Under the pieces are notes generated by a model. The model had not been told where the DNA came from. It saw only the letters and a program-made list of their open reading frames with translations, and ran no database searches. DNA of 40,885 nt from Saprolegnia diclina VS20. Lineage: Eukaryota. Made by a program: the position numbers and the translations under genes. Numbering within the stretch: position 1 is the first letter of the stretch; each line of letters starts with the position of its first letter. Below, in pieces: positions 34,318-40,885 of this stretch. The stretch is from NCBI RefSeq assembly GCF_000281045.1, contig NW_008246070.1, positions 44,805 to 85,689 of the forward strand. The letters run 5' to 3'.

Positions 34318-34585
34318 ACAACTAGTTCATTAGTCGCTGTATAACCCAACCCTATGTGTTCAACTGACTAAGTGTGTGCTGGAGAGACGCCCTCTTGCGC
34401 CACGTATCCTAGCGTGGGCGCAAGTGGCTGCTGCAAACGCTGTTGACTCGGTAAATTTTGGCGCGGAGATGCGCGCACGTGATTGGTCAAAAAGGCGGTA
34501 CGACGCAACACCGATTGGTTACTCAACACACGGCAAGACAGAAGGGTGGACCGACAGCTCATTTGCGCACGTCGACATCGAAAGC

Positions 34586-35752
34586 ATGGACGCCAACGCG
34601 GGTGAAGCCTACGTGCTCGAGATGCTCGACCTCTCGAGCTTGGACTACTCGCTGCAGTGGTCGCCAGAGGAGGCGGACCTCCTCTCGAGCCTCGTGTCGA
34701 CGACGGACGAAGAGCCGGCACCGACGGCCAAGTCCAAGCAGAGCGAAGCGCTTCGGCGCCACAGGCAAAAGAAGCGCGAGGAGCAGGCCGAGCTCAAGCG
34801 CGCAGCGCAAGAACTCGAAGAGAAGCTTCATCTGCTACAGCAGACCAAGGCGCTGCGTGACATTCTGCAGCCGCCCACCAAGTGGCAGGCGCTCGCGACC
34901 AACGAGGCGCGGCTGCGGCACGAGGCGACGGTCGAGAACAAGCAACTCAAGGAGCGCGTCCAGGAGCACATGGTCACGGTGCAGACGTTCGCGTCGCTTC
35001 TCGACAAGACATGGCAGCAGTCCAAGGCCATGGCGTACGTCAGCGGGCCCGCCGAGAAGAAGTGGGAACAGCTCGTGCTCGTGGCCGACCCGACGCTTCG
35101 CGTACGTGGGATGCACGCAATGCTGGACCGTGAGCGCGCGCGGATCGAAAGCGCGTTTGTCGAAGCCGGGCTCGTCGACGTCGTCGACGAAGTTCAAAAG
35201 CATGTGTCCCAGTACACGCACAACAACAGCCTCGAGTTCCACACGATTCTGCACCGCCACACGCCGCTGTCGCTGCACGCGCTGCTGGAAGGGACGTGGA
35301 ACGTGCTCCGGGGCACGGTCACGATCCAGAACCTGCCGCGTTACTGCAAGCACCTCGAAGACATTGACGCGGATACGACGTACGCCTCTGGCTGGCTCGA
35401 CCACCCGCTCGGGCAGTTCCAGCGGCGCGTGCTCTGCAAGCAGTACGTGAGCGAGGTGAACGGCCGCGCCCAGTGCATCATTATCTGCCGCAGCATCGAA
35501 GACGACGAACTGGCGCCGTACGACGCGTCGTCGCCACACGCCAACGAGCTCTCGTGGACGTTTATGGAGGCCAACCCGGAAGGCGGGACAACGGTCAAGT
35601 ACTTTCAGAAACTGCGGCCGTCGGCGTGGACGGCCGCCACGCCCATGAGCTCGCACTGGGCCGACCGGCTCGAGAAGCATTCGCAACAGGTGCGCCACGC
35701 TGTGCACCAGTACCTCGACCACTTTGGTGCGACGCGCGCACCGCAGCAATAA
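34586..35752 (+). CDS. bZIP/coiled-coil/START-like protein, array copy 10
   Basis: MDANAGEAYVLEMLDLSSLDYSLQWS; QSEALRRHRQKK plus zipper; INR-like GCTCATTTGCGCA at about 34557. Confidence 0.9.
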   Translation: MDANAGEAYVLEMLDLSSLDYSLQWSPEEADLLSSLVSTTDEEPAPTAKSKQSEALRRHRQKKREEQAELKRAAQELEEKLHLLQQTKALRDILQPPTKWQALATNEARLRHEATVENKQLKERVQEHMVTVQTFASLLDKTWQQSKAMAYVSGPAEKKWEQLVLVADPTLRVRGMHAMLDRERARIESAFVEAGLVDVVDEVQKHVSQYTHNNSLEFHTILHRHTPLSLHALLEGTWNVLRGTVTIQNLPRYCKHLEDIDADTTYASGWLDHPLGQFQRRVLCKQYVSEVNGRAQCIIICRSIEDDELAPYDASSPHANELSWTFMEANPEGGTTVKYFQKLRPSAWTAATPMSSHWADRLEKHSQQVRHAVHQYLDHFGATRAPQQ

Positions 35753-35890
35753 ACAAATACGATCTTACGGCATCGCGCATGCAGCTAGTAGCCCTACCCT
35801 CTTTGACGTAACAGGATCGCAGCTTTTGGGACAGAGGACGACGGCGACACTAGTTAACTTTATATTCACGCAAGCGCGTTTGTTGTACGA

Positions 35891-37006
35891 CTATTGAAGA
35901 GCGTCGAGCCCGAGCCTTGCGTCCCGCTCGGCCTTGAGCTCGACGCGTGCGTGCTGCAGCATTTCGAGCACGCGGTCGCTCGTCGGCCGCAGCGCCTTGT
36001 CGTGCTGGAGACACTGCTTGATGATCTTGGCAACGACCTCGGGGCACGTCACCGACACGCTCGGCCGCAATTCGCCGGTGACGAGCTTCACCGTGAGGTC
36101 CGGGAGCGTCATGCCCGCCGCTTCGACCGCGTATGGCATCGCGCCCGTGTCCAGCTCGGTCAAGAGCACGCCGAACGAGTAGACGTCGACCTTTTCATCG
36201 TAGTCTTCGCCATCAATGAAAAGCTCCGGCGCGCTCCATTGAATGTCGGTGACGCCCGTGGTCATGTCGCAGTCGAACGTTCGGTCGCGGGAGCTGCCAA
36301 AGCCGCTGAGCTTGGCTTGCTTTCGGTTCGTCAAGAGGACCTTGGAAGCCTTCATGTTGCGGTGCAGGAGCTGCGGCTTGAGCCCGTGCATGTAGGCCAT
36401 CGCCGACGCAATATCGCAAGCAATGTTGATCTTCTCGTTGGACCACGTGAGGCGCGCAAACTGCTTGGGGTTGTCGAGGAGGTGGCGCAGCGTCCGGCCT
36501 TCCATGAACTCGAAGATGCACGAGAGACCAAACTCGGGCGTGATGTTGAAGCCAATGAACGACACAATGTGCGGGTGGTCGATGCGCGCCATCGAACGAA
36601 TCTCGCTCAGCAGCGCCTTCCGGCTCTTCTCAATCTCGGCGGGCGACCGCTTCAGGTCGAGCGACTTGAGAAAGACGGCGGTTGCGTCGCAGTGGCCCAT
36701 TTCGGTCTTCATGTAGTTGCTCGGGATCGCGCGTGTCCGCTCGACGTCCTCGGGCACGACCCAAAACTGCGGGTACATGGCCAGCATCTCCTTGTAGTCG
36801 TCGCGGTGCACGTCGTCGAACCGGATCGAGCCCGAGTGCACGAGCGAGTTGGTGAACGACGTCTTGGTTAGCGACGTTGGCGCCCGCGACCGGTTCGGGT
36901 TGTTCTCGGACTGGATGAACTCGGCCATGCTGCGCTGCGAGCGCGTCGCCGCCGGGTCGGGCGTCTCGACGTACGCTGGCGTTTGTGTTGACGAGCAGGT
37001 TCCCAT
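35891..37006 (-). CDS. TKL-family kinase-like protein, predicted pseudokinase, with N-acylation motif MGTCSS
   Basis: Kinase fold motifs present (HPHIVSFIG, WSAPE, DVYSFGV, RP), but the catalytic loop reads HRNMKASK, DFG is GFG and there is no GxGxxG loop. Confidence 0.88.
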   Translation of the reverse strand: MGTCSSTQTPAYVETPDPAATRSQRSMAEFIQSENNPNRSRAPTSLTKTSFTNSLVHSGSIRFDDVHRDDYKEMLAMYPQFWVVPEDVERTRAIPSNYMKTEMGHCDATAVFLKSLDLKRSPAEIEKSRKALLSEIRSMARIDHPHIVSFIGFNITPEFGLSCIFEFMEGRTLRHLLDNPKQFARLTWSNEKINIACDIASAMAYMHGLKPQLLHRNMKASKVLLTNRKQAKLSGFGSSRDRTFDCDMTTGVTDIQWSAPELFIDGEDYDEKVDVYSFGVLLTELDTGAMPYAVEAAGMTLPDLTVKLVTGELRPSVSVTCPEVVAKIIKQCLQHDKALRPTSDRVLEMLQHARVELKAERDARLGLDALQ

Positions 37007-38264
37007 GATGGAGGATGTGGAGGGTAGGTATCAAGCTCTGCGCTGGCGCTTGATCGGTCGCTCGTCCGTGGTGACCAGGAAACGAAACTGAGAGATTGCA
37101 CACTGGCGTTCCAGCACAGGCGGGGTGACATGCGGCCGCGGCAGTGGGACACGCCCGACGGTCCTCGCCGCGCAAGACGATGATATCCCGCACAAATTTG
37201 ACTGCTTTGGGTACCTCTCACCACGCAGATTCGGCGAGCATGGTACGACCGCCTCGGATGCACGCGTCCCAGTTGCTGGCCATCGCGCTGTCGACGGCAG
37301 GCCGCGTTGCCCCTCCTCGTTCGGTTCAGTCTGCGTTCTAAAAATGCGTCTGGCGGGCGGCTTTTTAATTGTGACATATACAAGGATCAAGTGAACATCA
37401 AATACACTAAAATAAATTGACAGAAGCTGGCCGCAATTGATTACCTTCCGTGGCGTATTGCAGTGTGGTGTTGGTCGACTAACTAACAGTAAACATGGAC
37501 ATCCGGCCTTGGCGGGACATGGCGTACATGTACCAGCACCCAAGCGCCCGTGACAGGCAGTGACTTGTCCTTGCGTGGACCGATTACTTGTCGGGCGGTT
37601 AGTAAATTAAGTTAGTCAGCAAAGGCCAAGAGACACCTGCGTGCGATGGACAACGAGTCCGACGTCCACACCGGCCGCTTGCACGCACGAACGCACAACG
37701 CGTTATCCCGCCTGGGACACGAGCGACGGGGAGCCAGGGCCACTCGATGCACGTTGCCAAGCCATTGCTTTGTGCCGGCGCTGACGAAGAGCTTGTTCCA
37801 ACGTATGTGGTCGTAGTTTGCGAACATGGATGTCCCCACTTATAGAGAGGATCAGCGTGTACTGGTGGGGAGAGTGTACTGTGACTGGAGTGAGCTGTTA
37901 TGCTGGACTTGCGCCGTCGAACAAGGAGTATTTGCTTCGCGGAAAATTCGCCGACCGCAAGGCAGCGCTTATCTCACCTTTACTCTTCACCGCCACATAC
38001 TTGTGTGTGGCCAGTCCTTCACGCAGCTCCTTCACGCAGCTTCTCAGGTGACCAAGTTCAGTGCCGACCATTTTCACACTAGTTAAATAGAATACACTAT
38101 TTAGAGTAAAGCATTCGATTGCGACTCGGAAATTTCCAGCAACTTAACCGGTTCATAGCCGAGCGGTTTGTTGACGAATGTTGACCCAACCGGTTGACGC
38201 ATTCGACATCCTTGAGGCGCAGCCAACTGCCACACGTCACTTGGCGTCTTTTCGTGTCCTTAGC

Positions 38265-40885
38265 ATGCGAGCTGTTTACGCGATCCTCGCGGCCGCGCTC
38301 TCGGCGCAGGCCTACCTCGCCGTCGAGATCCCTCCCGTCGACCGCAACCTCCTCCAGAGCTACAAGGTGCCCACGCCCAACGGCCAGGAGTTGGAGGCGC
38401 TCAAGGGCTCCAAGGACGCCGTCTTTGTCAAGGTACGAATAGCGTCGACAGATCGCAAGGTTGCTCATGGCCACTGCTAGTTCTACGCGCCGTGGTGTGG
38501 CCACTGCAAGACGCTGGCGCCGGCCTGGAAGGAGCTCAGCGCCGGCTTCTCCGTGCTCGAGAACGTGGTCGTCGCTGAAGTCGACTGCGACACCCACACG
38601 GACGTCTGCCAGCGCCACGACATCAAGGGCTACCCGACGCTCAAGCTCTTCCGCGGCCCGTCCGCCGTCGAGGAGTACAACGACCAGCGCAACCTCGCCA
38701 AGCTCACGAGCTTCTTGACGTCGCGCATCGAGGCGCCGGTTCACGCGGACGCGTCGCTGGTCGCGCCGACGCCCATCTTGATGCCCGTGCTCGTCGTGCT
38801 CTCGACGTTCACGCTCGGTCTCCTCTCGGCGCTCTACCTCCTCTGCCTCCGCCCGACCGAGAAGGTCAACCGCCCGCAGTTTTTCTGCAAGCCCGACAAC
38901 GCGACCATCAAGCCCGGCCACGGCGCCGTCTACCGCGTCGGCCCGTTCCCCAAGCCGGCTTGCGACTCGATGCTCGAAGCGCTCCAAAAGTCGGTGCAGC
39001 ACAACCCGAAGAGCAACTTTCTTGGCCACCGATTGGTCGACGCCAATGGCAAGGTCGGCGCGTACGTCTGGGAGAGCTACGAGGCCGGGTACCTCCGCAT
39101 CCAGAACATCGCCGCCGGCCTCATGCACGAGAAGATGCTCGAGCGCACGTCCAACGGCGACCGCATGCTGTGCATCTACATGAAGAACCGCCCGGAGTGG
39201 GTCCTCGCGCAGTACGCAGCGTTTTACTGCGGCGGCGCCATGAGCTGCCTCTACGACTCGCTCGGCCCGTCCTCGACCACTTACATTCTCCACCAGACGG
39301 AAGCGCCCACGGTGGTCTGCACGACGGGCGAGCTCCCGAGCGTGCTCACGGCCAAAGCCACGATTGCGACCCTCAAGGTTGTCATTCTCTGCGACGTTGA
39401 CGTGGCGTCCGAGGCACATGTCGCGGCCGGCGCGGCGCTCGGGCTCACGGTCACGACGCTCTCGGCCATCGAGGCCATCGGCGCGGCCCACCCGATCGCG
39501 CCGACGTACGCCAAGGCGACGGACCTCTGCTTCCTCATGTACACGAGCGGCACGACGGGCGACCCGAAGGGCGTCAAGCTCACGAGCCAGAACATTCTGA
39601 GCTGCATGATGGGCATCGAAGACCGTCTTCGGAAGGGCAAGCTCCTCCAAGTCTTTACGCCCAAGTCGGTGCACCTCTCGTACCTCCCGCTGCCGCACAT
39701 CCTCGAGCAGCTCATCCACGCTGTCATGATCCACCACGGCGCGTCAATTGGCTTCTTCCAGGGCAACACGCTCAAGCTCATGGAAGACCTGACCGAGCTC
39801 CGCCCGACGCTCTTTGTCACTGTCCCCCGTCTCCTCAACAAGATTTACGACAAGATTGTGGGCGGCGCCAACGCCGGCGGCGGCTTCAAGGCCTGGCTCT
39901 TCAACTATGCGCTCTCGACCAAGCTCGCCAACCTCGAGAAGGGCTACACAGCCCACCCGCTCTTCGACAAGCTCATCTTCTCCAAGGTGCAGAAGAAGCT
40001 CGGCTTGGACCGCTGCATGGCGATTGTCACGGGCTCGGCGCCGGTCGCCGACGACGTCTTGGGCTTCTTCCGCTGCCTCTTTTCGTGCCCGGTCCTCGAA
40101 GGCTACGGGCAGAGCGAGTGCACGGGCGCCGTCAACATCACCGACATCAACGACCTCACGCCCGGCACGGTCGGCGCGCCCATGTCGTGCTGCGAACAAA
40201 AGCTGGTCTCGGTGCCCGAGATGGGCTACAACGTCACCGACACGGTCCACGGTGACAGCGACGAGACGCGCATGCCTGTCAACGGCCGCGGCGAGGTGTG
40301 CTACCGCGGTCCGTCCATCTTTGCGGGCTACTTCAAGGACGATGCCAAGACGCAGGAGGCGGTCGACGACGAGGGCTGGCTCCACTCGGGCGACATTGGC
40401 GTCTGGACGCTCGATGGCCGCCTCAAGATTGTCGACCGCAAGAAGAACATCTTCAAGCTCTCGCAGGGCGAGTACGTGGCCCCCGAGAAGATTGAGAACA
40501 TCATCAAGAGCAGCGTGTACGTCGCCCAGCCGTTTGTGTATGGCGACTCGCTCCACGCCGTCCTTGTGGGTATCATTGTGCCCGAAGAAGCCGAGATCGA
40601 AGCGCTCGCCAAGTCGCTCAACATCTCGGGGACGTTCCAAGAGCTGTGCGCCAACCCCAAGATCAACGAGATCGTGCTCAAGGACATTGTGACGGTCGGC
40701 AAGAAGGGTCTTCTCAACGGCTTTGAGTGCGTCCGTGCCATTTTGCTGCACCCGGAGCCGTTCACGGTCGAGAACGACCTCATGACGCCGACGTTCAAGA
40801 TCAAGCGCAACGACGTCAAGAAGCTTTTCATCAAGCAGATCGACGCGCTCTACGTCAAGACAGGCGACGTCGTCGCGGGCAAGAA
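38265..40885 (+). CDS. Signal peptide, PDI-type thioredoxin domain (WCGHC), TM helix and long-chain acyl-CoA synthetase in one protein (stop just outside window)
   Basis: Exon 38265-38432, intron 38433-38480, then one open frame from 38481 to the window end: FYAPWCGHCK...GYPTLKLF, TM ILMPVLVVLSTFTLGLLSALYLLCL, YTSGTTGDPKG (39540), SYLPLPH, EGYGQSE, DGWL-like EGWLHSGDIG...IVDRKKNIFKLSQGEYVAPEKIE. Absent from the ORF track because it has no stop in the window. Confidence 0.9.

Noticed and set aside
31139..35749. Long antisense ORFs (444, 372, 304 aa) over array copies 8-10
   Set aside because: They mirror the sense genes codon for codon and are explained by codon bias.
35894..36871. 325-aa plus-strand ORF
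   Set aside because: Antisense to the kinase-like gene.
37031..38090. Possible upstream kinase exons, short ORFs and a 13-bp duplication at 38015-38040
   Set aside because: The kinase has a good MG start with an INR-like CTCAGTTT about 80 nt upstream; other ORFs lack coding signal; the duplication looks like simple slippage.
38097..40834. Long minus-strand ORFs (546, 335, 168 aa)
   Set aside because: Stop-poor antisense shadows of the high-GC3 thioredoxin-LACS gene; no recognisable motifs.
1..40885. CRISPR arrays, rRNA, tRNA, transposons
   Set aside because: No repeat-spacer arrays, RNA-gene signatures, terminal repeats, transposase or reverse-transcriptase motifs seen; the sequence is eukaryotic.

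Overview
Gene-dense eukaryotic DNA with high GC at third codon positions, short (about 40-60 nt) GT-AG introns and INR/FPR-like core promoters. The gene families fit an oomycete, probably a Saprolegniales such as Saprolegnia (inference). In order the window holds: a secreted beta-trefoil protein with a Pro/Thr tail (partial); a ~1730-aa internally duplicated membrane protein with one corrupted segment; an 8-finger C2H2 (TFIIIA-like) gene; a lipid-anchored protein with a small Cys motif; an ASH/MSP-like domain gene; a stand-alone KIX-like gene; an RCC1 propeller fused to an NCS2/AzgA-type permease; a ~17.5 kb head-to-tail array of ten intronless bZIP + coiled-coil + START-like genes, interrupted by a small PH-like gene; an acylated TKL-type pseudokinase; and a signal peptide-thioredoxin-TM-long-chain acyl-CoA synthetase fusion (partial). 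The best candidate for an undescribed system is the bZIP-START array. It may encode lipid- or sterol-sensing transcription factors, with diversified DNA-contact residues, a near-identical tract covering the START-like half of two copies, and CCAAT-rich promoters. All domain calls come from motif recognition by eye; no database searches were run.
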